Shown here in pieces: positions 40,301 to 54,900 of a DNA stretch of 64,000 nt. Origin of the DNA: Eledone cirrhosa (taxonomy: Eukaryota); the NCBI GenBank assembly GCA_964016885.1, contig OZ024745.1, forward strand, positions 50,158,001 to 50,222,000. Reading direction: 5' to 3'. The position numbers and the translations under genes were made by a program. The notes beneath the pieces were generated by a model. That model searched no databases, was not told the DNA's origin, and was given only the letters and a program-made list of their open reading frames with translations. Position 1 is the first letter of the stretch, and every line of letters starts with the position of its first letter.

Positions 40301-43300
40301 ACTACACCACAACACAGGACACCTCACTACATTACACCACTCTACACCACACCATAATATATCAGTCAATACCACACCACACTACACCACAACACAGGAC
40401 ACCACACCACACCACACTACACCACAACACAGGACACCTCACTATATTACACCACTCTACACCACACCATAATATATCAGTCAACACCACACCACACTAC
40501 ACCACAACACAGGACACCACACCACACCACACCACACCACACTACACCCCAAAACTGGACACCTCCCTACATTACACCACTGTACACCACACCATAATAT
40601 ATCAGCCAACACCAGACCACACCACACCACAACAGTGGACACCTCACTACAACACACCATAATATATCAGTCAATACCACACCACACCACACCACAACAC
40701 AGGACACCACACCACACCACACCACACCACACTACACCACAACACAGGACACCACACCACACCACACTACACCACAACACAGGACACCTCACTACATTAC
40801 ACCACTCTACACCACACCATAATATATCAGCCAACACCACACCACAACACTGGACACCTCACTACATTACACCACTGTACACCACACCATAATATATCAG
40901 CCAACACCACACCACACCACACCACAACACTGGACACTACTACATTACACCACACCATAATATATCAGTCAACACTACACCACACGACACCTTACTACAT
41001 TACACCACTCTACACCACACCATAATATATCAGTCAACACTACACCACACGACACCTTACTACATTACACCACTGTACACCACAACATAATATATCAGTC
41101 AATACCACACCACACTACACCACAACACAGGACACCACACCACACCACACTACACCACAACACAGGACACCTCACTATATTACACCACTCTACACTACAC
41201 CATAATATATCAGTCAGCACCACACCACACTACACCACAACACAGGACACCACACCACACCACACCACACTACACCACAACCCAGGACACCTCACTACAT
41301 TGCACCACTGTACACCACCCCATAATATATCAGCCAACACCACACCACACCACACCACACGACACTACACCACAGCACAGGACACCTAACTACATTACAC
41401 CAGTGTACACCACACCATAATATATCAGCCAACACCACACCACACCACACCACACGACACTACACCACAGCACAGGACAGCTCACTACATTACACCACTG
41501 TACACCACACCATAATATATCAGTCAACACCACACCACACCACACCACACTACACCACAACCCAGGACACCTCACTACAGTACACCACTGTACACCACAC
41601 CATAATATATCAGCCAACACCACACCACACCACACCACACTACACCACAACCCAGGACACCTCACTACATTACACCACTGTACACCACACCATAATGTAT
41701 CAGCCAACACCACACCACACTACACCACAACACAGGACACCTCACTATATTACACCACTGTACACCACTCCATAATATATCAGTCAACACCACACCACAC
41801 TACACCACAACCCAGGACACCTCACTATATTACACCACTGTACACCACACCATAATATATCAGTCAACACCACACCACACTACACCACAACCCAGGACAC
41901 CTCACTACATTACACCACTGTACACCTCACCATAATGTATCAGCCAACACCACACCACACTACACCACAACCCAGGACACCTCACTATATTACACCACTG
42001 TACACCACACCATAATATATCAGTCAACACCACACCACACTACACCACAACCCAGGACACCTCACTACATTACACCACTGTACACCACACCATAATATAT
42101 CAGTCAACACCACACGACACCACACCACAACCCAGGACACCTCACTATATTACACCACTGTACACCACACCATAATATATCAGTCAACACCACACCACAC
42201 TACACCACAACCCAGGACACCTCACTACATTACACCACTGTACACCACACCATAATGTATTAGCCAACACCACACTACACCACAACACAGGACACCTCAC
42301 TATATTACACCACTGTACACCACACCATAATATATCAGTCAACACCACACCACACTACACCACAACACTGGACACCTCACTACATTACACCACTGTACAC
42401 CACACCATAATATATCAGTCAATACCACACCACACTACACCACACTACACCACAACACAAGACACCACACCACACCACACCACAACCCAGGACACCTCAC
42501 TACATTACACCACTCTACACCACACCATAATATATCAGTCAACACCACACTACACTACACCACAACACAGGACACCACACCACACCACACCACACTACAC
42601 CACAACACAGGACACCACACCATAATATATCAGTCAACACCACACCACACCACACCACACTACACCACAACCCAGGATACCTCACTACATTGCACCACTG
42701 TACACCACACCATAATATATCAGTCAACACCACACTACACTACACCACAACACAGGACACCACACCACACCACACTACATCACAACACAGGACACCACAC
42801 CACACCACACTACACCACAACCCAGGACACCTCACTACATTGCACCACTGTACACCACACCATAATATATCAGTCAACACCACACTACACTACACCACAA
42901 CACAGGACACCACACCACACCACACTACACCACAACACAGGACACCACACCACACCACACTACACCACAACACAGGACACCACACCACACCACACCACAC
43001 TACACCACAACACAGGACACCACACCACACCACACTACACCACAACACAGGACACCACACCACACCACACTACACCACAACACAGGACACCTCACTATAT
43101 TACACCACTCTACACCACACCATAATATATCAGTCAACACCACACCACACTACACCACAACACAGGACACCACACCACACCACACCACACCACACCACAC
43201 TACACCCCAAAACTGGACACCTCCCTACATTACACCACTGTACACCACACCATAATATATCAGCCAACACCAGACCACACCACACCACAACAGTGGACAC

Positions 43301-46300
43301 CTCACTACAACACACCATAATATATCAGTCAATACCACACCACACTACACCACAACACAGGACACCTCACTACATTACACCACTCTACACCACACCATAA
43401 TATATCAGTCAACACCACACCACACCACACCACACTAGACCACAACCCAGGACACCTCACTACATTACACCACTCTACACCACACCATAATATATCAGCC
43501 AACGCCACACCACACTACACCACAGCAGGGGACACCTCACTACATTACACCACTGTACACCACACCATAATATATCAGTCAACACCACACCACACCACAC
43601 TAGACCACAACCCAGGACACCTCACTACATTACACCACTCTACACCACACCATAATATATCAGCCAACGCCACACCACACCACACCACAACACTGGACAC
43701 CTCACTACATTACACCACTGTACACCACACCATAATATATCAGTCAACACTACACCACACGACACCTTACTACATTACACCACTCTACACCACACCATAA
43801 TATATCAGTCAACACTACACCACACGACACCTTACTACATTACACCACTGTACACCACACCATAATATATCAGTCAATACCACACCACACTACACCACAA
43901 CACAGGACACCACACCACACCACACCACACTACACCACAACACAGGACACCTCACTATATTACACCACTCTACACTACACCATAATATATCAGTCAGCAC
44001 CACACCACACTACACCACAACACAGGACACCACACCACACCACACCACACTACACCACAACCCAGGACACCTCACTACATTGCACCACTGTACACCACCC
44101 CATAATATATCAGCCAACACCACACCACACCACACCACACGACACTACACCACAGCACAGGACAGCTCACTACATTACACCACTCTACACCACACCATAA
44201 TATATCAGTCAACACCACACCACACCACACTACACCACAACACAACCCAGGACAGCTCACTACATTACACCACTCTACACCACACCATAATATATCCGTC
44301 AACACCACACCACACCACACTACACCACAACACAACCCAGGACACCTAACTACATTACACCACTGTACACCACACCATAATATATCAGCCAACACCACAC
44401 CACACCACACCACACGACACTACACCACAGCACAGGACAGCTCACTACATTACACCACTGTACACCACACCATAATATATCAGTCAACACCACACCACAC
44501 CACACTACACCACAACACAACCCAGGACACCTCACTACATTACACCACTGTACACCACACCATAATATATCAGCCAACACCACACCACACCACACCACAC
44601 TACACCACAACCCAGGACACCTCACTACATTACACCACTGTACACCACACCATAATGTATCAGTCAACACCACACCACACCACACCACACCACACTACAC
44701 CACACCACACCACAACCCAGGACACCTCACTACATTACACCACTGTACACCACACCATAATGTATCAGCCAACACCACACCACACTACACCACAACCCAG
44801 GACACCTCACTATATTACACCACTGTACACCACACCATAATATATCAGTCAACACCACACCACACTACACCACAACCCAGGACACCTCACTACATTACAC
44901 CACTGTACACCACACCATAATGTATTAGCCAACACCACACTACACTACACCACAACACAGGTCACCACACCACACCACACCACACTACACCACAACACAG
45001 GACACCTCACTACATTACACCACTGTACACCACACCATAATATATCAGTCAACACCACACCACACTACACCACAACACTGGACACCTCACTACATTACAC
45101 CACTGTACACCACACCATAATGTATCAGTCAATACCACACCACACCCCAACACTGGACACCTCACTACACTACACCACACTACACCACAACACAAGACAC
45201 CACACCACACCACACCACAACCCAGGACACCTCACTACATTACACCACTCTACACCACACCATAATATATCAGTCAACACCACACTACACTACACCACAA
45301 CACAGGACACCACACCACACCACACCACACTACACCACAACACAGGACACCACACCATAATATATCAGTCAACACCACACCACACCACACCACACTACAC
45401 CACAACCCAGGATACCTCACTACATTGCACCACTGTACACCACACCATAATATATCAGTCAACACCACACGACACCACACCACACCACACCACACCACAC
45501 CACACTACACCACAACCCAGGACACCTCACTACATTGCACCACTGTACACCACACCATAATATATCAGCCAACACCACACCACACCACACCACACCACAC
45601 CACACTACACTACACCACAACCCAGGATACCTCACTACATTGCACCACTGTACACCACACCATAATATATCAGTCAACACCACACGACACGACACCACAC
45701 CACACCACACTACACCACAACACAACCCAGGACACCTCACTACATTACACCACTGTACACCACACCATAATATATCAGCCAACACCACACCACACTACAC
45801 CACAGCAGGGAACACCTCACTACATTACACCACTGTACACCACACCATAATATATCAGTCAACACCACACCACACCACACCACACTACACCACAACCCAG
45901 GACACCTCACTACATTACACCACTGTACACCACACCATAATATATCAGCCAACACCACACCACACTACACCACAGCAGGGAACACCTCACTACATTACAC
46001 CACTGTACACCACACCATAATATATCAGTCAACACCACACGACACCACACCACACTACACCACAACCCAGGACACCTCACTACATTACACCACTGTACAC
46101 CACACCATAATATATCAGCCAACACCACACCACACTACACCACAGCAGGGAACACCTCACTACATTACACCACTGTACACCACACCATAATATATCAGCC
46201 AACACCACACCACACTACACCACAGCAGGGGACACCTCACTACATTACACCACTGTACACCACACCATAATATATCAGCCAACACCACACCACACGACAC

Positions 46301-46730
46301 CTTACTATATTACACCACTGTACACCACACCATAATATATCAGTCAATACCACACCACACTACACCACAACACAGGACACCACACCACACTACACCACAA
46401 CACAGGACACCACACCACACCACACCACACTACACCACAACACAGGACACCACACCACACCACACTACACCACAACACAGGACACCACACCACACCACAC
46501 TACACCACAACACAGGACACCTCACTATATTACACCACTCTACACCACACCATAATATATCAGTCAACACCACACCACACTACACCACAACACAGGACAC
46601 CACACCACACTACACCACACTACACCACAACACAGGACACCACACCACACCACACCACACTACACCACAACACAAGACACCTCACTACATTACACCACTC
46701 TACACCACACCATAATATATCAGTCAACAC
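37345..46730 (+). repeat. ~9.4-kb satellite built from CACCA-type pentamers (70-100-bp units, higher-order repeats)
   Basis: Recurrent unit GGACACCTCACTACATTACACCACTGTACACCACACCATAATATATCAGYCAA(CACCA)nCACTACACCACAA. A 180-bp dimer period is visible at ~39240-39830. Confidence 0.95.
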
Positions 46731-46734
46731 TTTT

Positions 46735-47157
46735 GTTTTAATTTTGTTTTAAGTTTTAATATTGATATTGATTTTGACTTTGAATTTGAATTGCTATACG
46801 GAAATAATATAATATAATATATGACACTCCACTGTACATCAATATATACATATGTATCTGTATGTCTCTTGCGTTGGAAAGGAGGTCAATCATGTGTACA
46901 AACATTGAAAAATGCTCCGAAGAGACCAAGCCTAGGTTTTGATGAAACAATTGTAAGTGAATAAATGCTTTGAACATAGCTTTGATTCTTGTGAATGCCA
47001 TATAACTGCTCTGTAGAACAACTGATGTTATTACATTGAGCTATTTATCTTACTAGTAATAAGTTACTGTAATAAATTACTGACCTTCACTGTTTAGGGT
47101 TTAAAATATATATAACTATAAAAAGTTTTAGTATATACATAACCATAAATAGTATCC

Positions 47158-47162
<5 letters not shown>
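46735..47162 (+). repeat. Dispersed repeat copy B (homolog of 4540-4960)
   Basis: Shares CCACTGT.CATCAATATATACATATGT.TCTGTATGTCTCTTG, GCTCCGAAGA, GAAACAATTGTAAG and the 3' end with copy A. Confidence 0.85.
46913..46959 (+). ncRNA. Hammerhead motif, CCGAAGA variant, stem II decayed
   Basis: TGCT-CCGAAGA (46917-46923)...GAAA (46944-46947)-CAATTG-TA-AGTG. Confidence 0.6.
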
Positions 47163-47219
<57 letters not shown>

Positions 47220-47664
47220 GAAAGGTATAGAAAACATTGTCGCAAGAAGCCAATATATATATATATATATATATATATAGACGGTTATATATACATATAT
47301 ATATATGTATATCTAGGTATGTATGTATGTAAGTATGTATGCATGTATATACATATATACATACATCATGCGAGATGCATGTATACATACGTATATGCAT
47401 ACACGTATGCATGCAAGCATACATGCATGCATACATATATACATATATGCATACATGTATACATGCATACATATATATATATATGCATACATGTAAACAT
47501 GCAAACATATATATATACATAAATGCATATATACATACATGCATACATACATATGTATACACATCTACATATGTATACATACATGCATACATACATGCAT
47601 ACATACATGTACAGTTCTGTTAACACGCAGCGATTGGAGATTGACATGCAGACTTAATTAAAAC

Positions 47665-49048
47665 TACGACCACTAACTCCACCACCATCTCCACCACCAT
47701 CTCCACCACCAACAATAACAGCAACACCACCTCCAACAACAACAACCGCAAAGCAACACCACCACCACCACCACCACTACTGACAACAACACCAGCAGCA
47801 TCTCAACACCATTTCAACCACCACCACTACCACAGCAACACAGCACTTCCATCACCACCACCATCACTTACCTCAACCACCACCACAAAATTCCACAACA
47901 AACACCATCACCACCACCACCACCTCCACCATTTACCTCAACCACCACCACCAGCACAACCACCACCGCACCACCACAACCACCACCACCACACCACCAC
48001 CACCACCATCACCACTACCACAACCACCATCACCACCACACCACAACCATCACCACCACACCACAACCACCATCACCACCACCACCACACCACAACCATC
48101 ACCACCACACCACAACCATCACCACCACACCACAACCATCACCACCACACCACAACCACAATCACCACCACCACCACACCACAACCATCACCACCACACC
48201 ACAACCACCATCACCACCACCACCACACCACAACCATCACCACCACACCACCACCACCATCACCACCACCACTACCACATCACAACCACCACCACCACCA
48301 CCACCACACCACAACCATCACCACCACACCACAACCACCATCACCACCACCACCACACCACAACCATCACCACCACACCACAACCACCATCACCACCACC
48401 ACCACACCACAACCATCACCACCACACCACCACCACCATCACCACCACCACTACCACATCACAACCACCACCACCACCACCACCACCACACCACAACCAT
48501 CACCACTTACCTTTGACACATCATTACGTCTTCATTGACTTTCTGCATTCCATTTTCCCTCCTCCTTCTCTCGTGTATACTTATACTCTTCCTCCTTCCC
48601 TCTCCTCCCCCACCTCTATCAACCTGCATCTCTCCCCCTCCTCTATCATCTCTGTCTATCTACCTCCTTCCCCCCACCTCTATCATCTCTGTCTATCTAT
48701 CTCCTTCCCCCCACCTCTATCATCTCTGTCTATCTACCTCCTTCCCTCTCCCCCACCTCTATCATCTCTGTCTATCTATCTCCTTCCCCCCACCTCTATC
48801 ATCTCTGTCTACCTCCTCCCCTCTCCCCCACCTCTATCATCTCTGTCTACCTCCTCCCCTCTCCCCACCTCTATCATCTCTGTCTATCTACCTCCTTCCC
48901 TCTCCTCCCCCACCTCTATCATCTCTGTCGATCTACCTCCTTCCCTCTCCCCCACCTCTATCATCTCTGTCTACCTCCTTCCCTCTCCCCACCTCTATCT
49001 ACCTCCTTCCCCCCTTCAACCTTATATCTTTCTCTATCTCCCCCCTTC

Positions 49049-49116
<68 letters not shown>

Positions 49117-50258
49117 CATTGCTGGATCAGCAATCCTAATGTCTCTTCCCTCCTCCCTTTATCACTAACCTTTTTTCTACGTCTCCCACCACCTCTGTCT
49201 ATTTACCTCCCTCTCCTACCTTTCCACCTCTCTATCATCTATGCTACTCTCTCCTCCCACTCCCTTTATCTCTTCCTCCCACTCTCTCTCACTCTCTCTC
49301 TCTGACAGATATTTCGTTAGGACGAGATGACATGGCTGCGTTAAAGGAAGAAACCAACGAGAATATGGCCGCTAAAAGTGCACCACCACATTAAAGTGCA
49401 CTGCCGCTATATTAAAGTGCACCATCGCCACATTAACGTGCACCACTAGCACCATCACGTTGAAGTGAACCACCACCATCACCACCACCATATTACAGTA
49501 CACCACCACCACAACCATATTATAGTACACCACCACCACCACCACATTACAGTACACCACCACCACCACATTACAGTACACCACCACCACCATATTACAG
49601 TACACCACCACCACCACCATATTATAGTACACCACCACCACCACCACCACCACATTAAAGTACACCACCACCACCACCACATTACAGTACACCACCACCA
49701 CCACCACCACCACCACCACATTACAGTACACCACCACCACCACCACCACCACCACATTACAGTACACCACCACCACCACATTACAGTACACCACCACCAC
49801 CACCACATTACAGTACACCACCACCACCACAATATTACAGTACACCACCACCACCACCACCACCAAAAACAACAATAACAACAACACCACCATCACATTA
49901 AAGTGTACCCCTAACACCCTCACCATTATTACCGCCGCCACCGCCACCGCCACCACCACCAGCAGCACCACCATCATATTGAAGTGAACCACCACCACCA
50001 CCATCCCCACCGCCGCCGCCACCATATTAAATTACATCACTAGCACCACAACATTATATTGCACCAGCATCTACATAACACGACACAGCACTACCTGCCT
50101 CCATTCCTTGATTTGCTATCACTTCCCTGACACCTCACCACAACACTCCCTCCCCGCCAACTACTACTACTGCTGCTACTGCTGCTGCTGCTGATGATGA
50201 TGATGATTCAGTCATTGGTTAGCACTGTTGCTTTCCCGGGTTTTCAGCACTTTTCTAT

Positions 50259-50290
<32 letters not shown>
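47665..50290 (-). repeat. Inverted copy of the composite macro-unit and its outer flank
   Basis: Contains a (CAC)-rich tract, pyrimidine minisatellite 48590-49300, unique tag 49304-49470 and ATTACAGTA(CAC)n 49470-49865. 50160-50290 is inverted-homologous to 26115-26225. Confidence 0.9.
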
Positions 50291-50314
<24 letters not shown>

Positions 50315-50411
50315 CTTTCCATGCATCTCTTTATCTCCTTCTGTCTTTCTATCTTTCTATCTCTGTCTCTATCTCTTTCTGTCTGTGTTCCCATATTTGT
50401 CTTTCTTTCAA

Positions 50412-50454
<43 letters not shown>

Positions 50455-51434
50455 TTATCTATATATCTTTCTTTCTCCCCCCCCCCCTCTCTCAGCCTAT
50501 TCGAGATCCTACTACTTTCTCGCCACTCTCACCCCCCCCCCCAAAAAAAACACACATGTCATACACATTTGACATATTTCCCCACCAACTTCTCATCCAA
50601 ATCACTCCTTTAAACTCAACCACTCATGTTGGACACTGTCTATTATTCAGTGTTACCTTAACTAAACAATAAAAACACTCACCTGAACATATGCAGTTAG
50701 TCGGTAGTATCTGAACAGTGAAAATATACCTCTAGGCCTTAGCAGTCAGTAGTCTATTAGTCAGTGTTACATAAGATGTGCAGAGGAAACACCCCGGGCA
50801 CTTTGAAATCTGTCAATCAGTGCGGTCTTAGCCGAGCAGTGAAAACACACTTCTGGTCTTCATCTATGTGTCAGTTAATGTCGATTTAGCTGTGCAGTGA
50901 AAAATAAGCAGCCCTTATCTTTATCTATCGCTGTTAGTCGTGACAGCTAGCACAACTTCACGCCAAAAGTCTATGTTTCGCATCAAGGCATGTAGGTTAC
51001 CCTTGTTAATTCCGGTGACTTTTTAGGCGAGAGAGCAAGCATAACTTCACGCCTACAGTCTCTGTTTCCATCAAGACCTGCATGTCATCCTTGTCAATCC
51101 AAGTGTCTCTTGCTACAGTATCCTGATATCTAAGTTTCTGGAAGAGGAGATCGTCCACAAGAAGTTTGAAACCATCTCAAATAATGCGTAGAAGCAGTGA
51201 CGAGCAAACAATGTTCGATGTTCAATCAGTCGTGCACTTACTTTTGAAATTTTTCTGTATATCTGATTAAGCGTGGGGTGGGTCTGCCAAGGAATATTTT
51301 TAGCCTTTCTCAGAAGGGTAGTGTAACTAATCTAAACGGCTCTGTAGACAAGAGTGCAAGGTCCATGTCTTAGAACCATAGAGAAGGATATGCTCTACTG
51401 TTGTTTTAAACATTAGATATTAAGTTTACATATG

Positions 51435-51550
51435 ATCTGAGTTCAAATCCTGCCGAGGTTAACTTTGCCTTTTATCCTTACGGGGTCGATAAAATAAAGT
51501 ACCAGTAATGTACTGGGTATTTGTTGGCCTTGTGCCTAAAATAGAAACAG
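51435..51550 (+). mobile_element. SINE copy
   Basis: TCTGAGTTCAAATCCTGCCGAGGTTAACTTTGCC...GGGGTCGATAAAATAAAGTACCAGT. Confidence 0.8.
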
Positions 51551-51559
51551 TTATGAAGG

Positions 51560-52380
51560 AACGAAGGTACTTAAAGTTCTCTACTTGCTCTAAGGATTTC
51601 ATGTTTACTGTGGCTATGCTAACATCAGATTTTGAGTCATTGCAGGAGAGTCCAACATGAGCAGCAACTTAGTTGGAGAGATGAGCCAAATCATCAGCAA
51701 AGCCTAGATCGGTGACAAATTCTGCAGGATATCTTCTGTTTCTTCTGGGCTTAAGCCCAGAAGAAACAGAAGATGTCCTTTCGTCTTATTGCCATCCAAT
51801 GAAATACATAGGATGCAGTTCGGAACAATTATAAATAGAAAAGGGGCTAGATTATTCCTTTGAAGAACTCCAGCCACTATATCAAAATATTCTGTTTCTC
51901 CATTTGGGGTTATGACTCGTAATTTCGTGCTGCTGTATAATGCTCTTATTTCTTTAACTAATTTCTCTGGAATGCCATAAATGGCAATATGTCAAACATT
52001 ACCTCTCGGTTGCTTGAGTCAAATGCTTTAATAAAGTCCACAAAAATGATGCAAATATATTTATTGCCATAACTCATGATTCTCCTCAAGGACAGGATCT
52101 ACGCAGTTGTAGAACATCCTCTACGAAATCCGTTTTGATTTCTTAAAATGCCATTCAGGAAAGGAAATACCTTGTTGAGAATCAACTTGTTGAGAATCAA
52201 CTTGTTGATCTTAGCGGTAATAGCTGTGAGCGAGATGCCTCGATAAATGTTAAATAGTGCAAAACTTCCTTTCTTTGCAAGTGGAATTATGTCTGAGGTT
52301 GTCAAAGCGGAGGAGCATCTTGGGTGTCGAATACAAGGTTGGAGAGAGTGGACATTTTTATTCTTCCTAATAATCGTTGG
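51560..52380 (-). mobile_element. Degenerate RTE-like LINE RT fragment
   Basis: Minus strand reads IIPL.KKG....YRGISL..I.AK, NQNGFRRG.ST, IFVDFIKAFDS, GVLQ...LAP.LFIIV and TDLGFADDLA. Confidence 0.8.
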
Positions 52381-52799
52381 CACTCTGTGTAGTCTTAGCT
52401 GAGCAGTGAAAACACTTCTGGTCCTCATCTTTGTGTTAGTTAGCATCCACTTAACTACACAATGAAAACTCAGCTCAAGCACTCAGCAGTAAACACTGTT
52501 AATGTCACCTTATCTCAACAGCCAGCAGTCTAACAGCGTCAGCTTAGCTGAGCAGTAAAAACATACTTCTAGCCTTCATTAAATCTCTTAGTATCATCTT
52601 AGATAAACAGTGAAAATATATCTCTGGCCCTCAGCACAACAGTCTGCCAGTGTCACTTTAGATCAACAGTGAAAACATATCTGACCCTCAGCAGACTGTT
52701 AATGTCACCTTCACTCTGTTGTAACAATTGGACAGAAAGTTTTTATTTATTTTTTTTTATTTTGGCGTTTTTTAAGTCAAAATAATCGCCATCATTTGC

Positions 52800-53085
52800 G
52801 ATTACCGTCTCCCATTGTTTAGGAACGTACATGATTCCATCTTTGTAGAATTCTTCTGGCTTCGATGCAAAAGAATTCCGTCATCCACTGATTTACTCGT
52901 AATTGGTTTTCATTGGCGAAGGTCTTTGACTGCATTGCGTTGAGAAAAAAATGTGGTAGTCTGTAGGCACGAAGTCGGGCAAATACGGCAGTTGGAGTAG
53001 AACTTCCCAACCTAGCTCCAGTGCTTTACGAGTCATCATTGATGTATGCGGCCGAAATTTATCATGAAAAAAAATCGACCCAAGC
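52800..53085 (-). mobile_element. Mariner transposase C-terminal fragment
   Basis: HD.FRPHT...ELGWEVL.Q.PYLPDFVPTDYHIF matches the mariner HDNARPH...YSPDLAPSDYHLF motif. Confidence 0.8.
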
Positions 53086-53189
53086 CTATAGAAAATGATA
53101 CTTACCCAAGCTACCAAGTAGTTTGATCGAACTCAAGACCTCATTATTCCGAAGCGAACTGTTTAGCCATTCAACTATGCCTTTGCTAA

Positions 53190-53445
53190 AGTCATTTTTG
53201 GTTTAGGCACAAGGCCAGAAATTTCGAGTGTGGGGCTAAAGTCAATTATATCGACCCTTCTGCTTGACTAGTACATTACTGAGGATGGGGGTAAAGCAGA
53301 TTATATAGATCCCTTTGTTTGACTGGTATAATATTTTATTGATTCCAGAAGGATGAAATGTAAAGTTGACCTCGGGAAGATTTGAACTAAATACCATAAA
53401 GTGTTTTCACTGACGCTTTAGCGATTCTGCCAATCCACTGCCCTC
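53190..53445 (-). mobile_element. Degenerate SINE copy
   Basis: GGCACAAGGCCAG...ATCGACCC...GACTGGTA...AAGGATGAAA...AAAGTTGACCTCGG...ATTTGAAC. Confidence 0.7.
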
Positions 53446-53953
53446 TGGGAGATGTTGAGCTTAAACAGAAAGTTATATCAAGTATGTTAGTTAAATAGAA
53501 AGTGTATTCAACTAAAGCAATAACATATTTATAGACTAATTATGACAGTGAATTTCAAACAGTCGAAAGTAGTCAACATATAGTAATCGACATCATAAAG
53601 ACAAAAATGCATAAAAAAAAACTAGTTTGACTAGTTTGTTATAAAAATACAACAGTTGAAGAAATTAGGTTTCGTATATCACCAAACTGTTACATATTCG
53701 TAGCATAAGTACAAATCTTTTGAAATATCTAATATATATATATAGATATTTTTTTATTTGTTTGACCCGAATTACTTGATCGTTTTTTTTTTGGCTATGC
53801 GGATGATTGTTTAACCATCGTCTCAGTGTGTTCGGCCTTTAACGTTTGTTATAGCTCTGGTTCATGTGAATCATTGAGCACTTGCCACACATCTCGGAGG
53901 TTTTTTTTCGTTATTTCGTGGGCCGAAATGTGATTCTCGATAATTTATATTTG

Positions 53954-54009
<56 letters not shown>

Positions 54010-54269
54010 TATATATACATATGTTCGATTCGTTTGTAAAATGTTGAACATATTTTGCATGCATCAACGATAAGCTGCCGCCATTTTACCATAAGCTTAG
54101 AATGTACCTCCATCGAATGTACCTCCATCGGTTTCAACGATGAGTATCCAGAAGCTGACCATCGATCCACAACTAACCATCGAATCTGCTGGCCGCATCG
54201 TTATCCGCCACATGCGATCCGCTCTCTAGCAGAACACCTCAGCGGAAAAAGCACCAGTCCATAATAAGT

Positions 54270-54880
54270 ATTACTTCTAGTTTTTAGCACGAGGACAGCA
54301 ATTTGAAGGGAAGGGGAAAGTCGATTAAATCGATCCCAGTGCGTTACTGGTACTTTGTTTCATCGACCTCGTAAGGTTGAAAAATAAAGCTAACTCAGCG
54401 AGATTTGAACTCTGAACGTTAAAGGCCGTAACTCTATGCTGTAAAGCATATCGTCTGAGGCTCTACCGATACTACCAACCACCTCACCCTGTCCATAATA
54501 ATTGTTTCTACATTTGGCACAAGGCCAGCAATTATCCCAGTGTATTACTGGTACTTTAATTTATCGACCCCGTAAGGATGAAAGGCAAAGTTAGCTTCGG
54601 CGGGATTTGAGCTCAGTCCGTAAAGGGCCGTAACTCTTCGCTGCAAAGCATGGCGTCCAACCCTCTACCGATACTGCCAATCCAATAATAATGATTTCTA
54701 CATTAGGCACAAGGCTAGTAATTTTGGGTGGAGGGGAAAGTCGATTAAATCGACCCCAGTGCATTACTGGTACTTGATTTTATCGACCCTATAAGGATGA
54801 AAGGCAAAGTTAACCTCGGCTGGATTTGAACTCAGTTCGTAAAGCATTTTGTCCAATGGTCTACCGATACTGCCAATCCC
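54270..54880 (-). mobile_element. Three tandem SINE copies
   Basis: Copies at ~54270-54480, ~54500-54685 and ~54690-54880, each the reverse complement of the 6128 SINE. Confidence 0.88.
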
Positions 54881-54900
54881 CATCCTGCCCATAATAATAC

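Noticed and set aside
37345-46730. CRISPR-like appearance (constant motif with variable intervening sequence)
   Set aside because: The intervening sequences are pentamer copy-number variants, not unique spacers. The context is eukaryotic and no cas genes are present.
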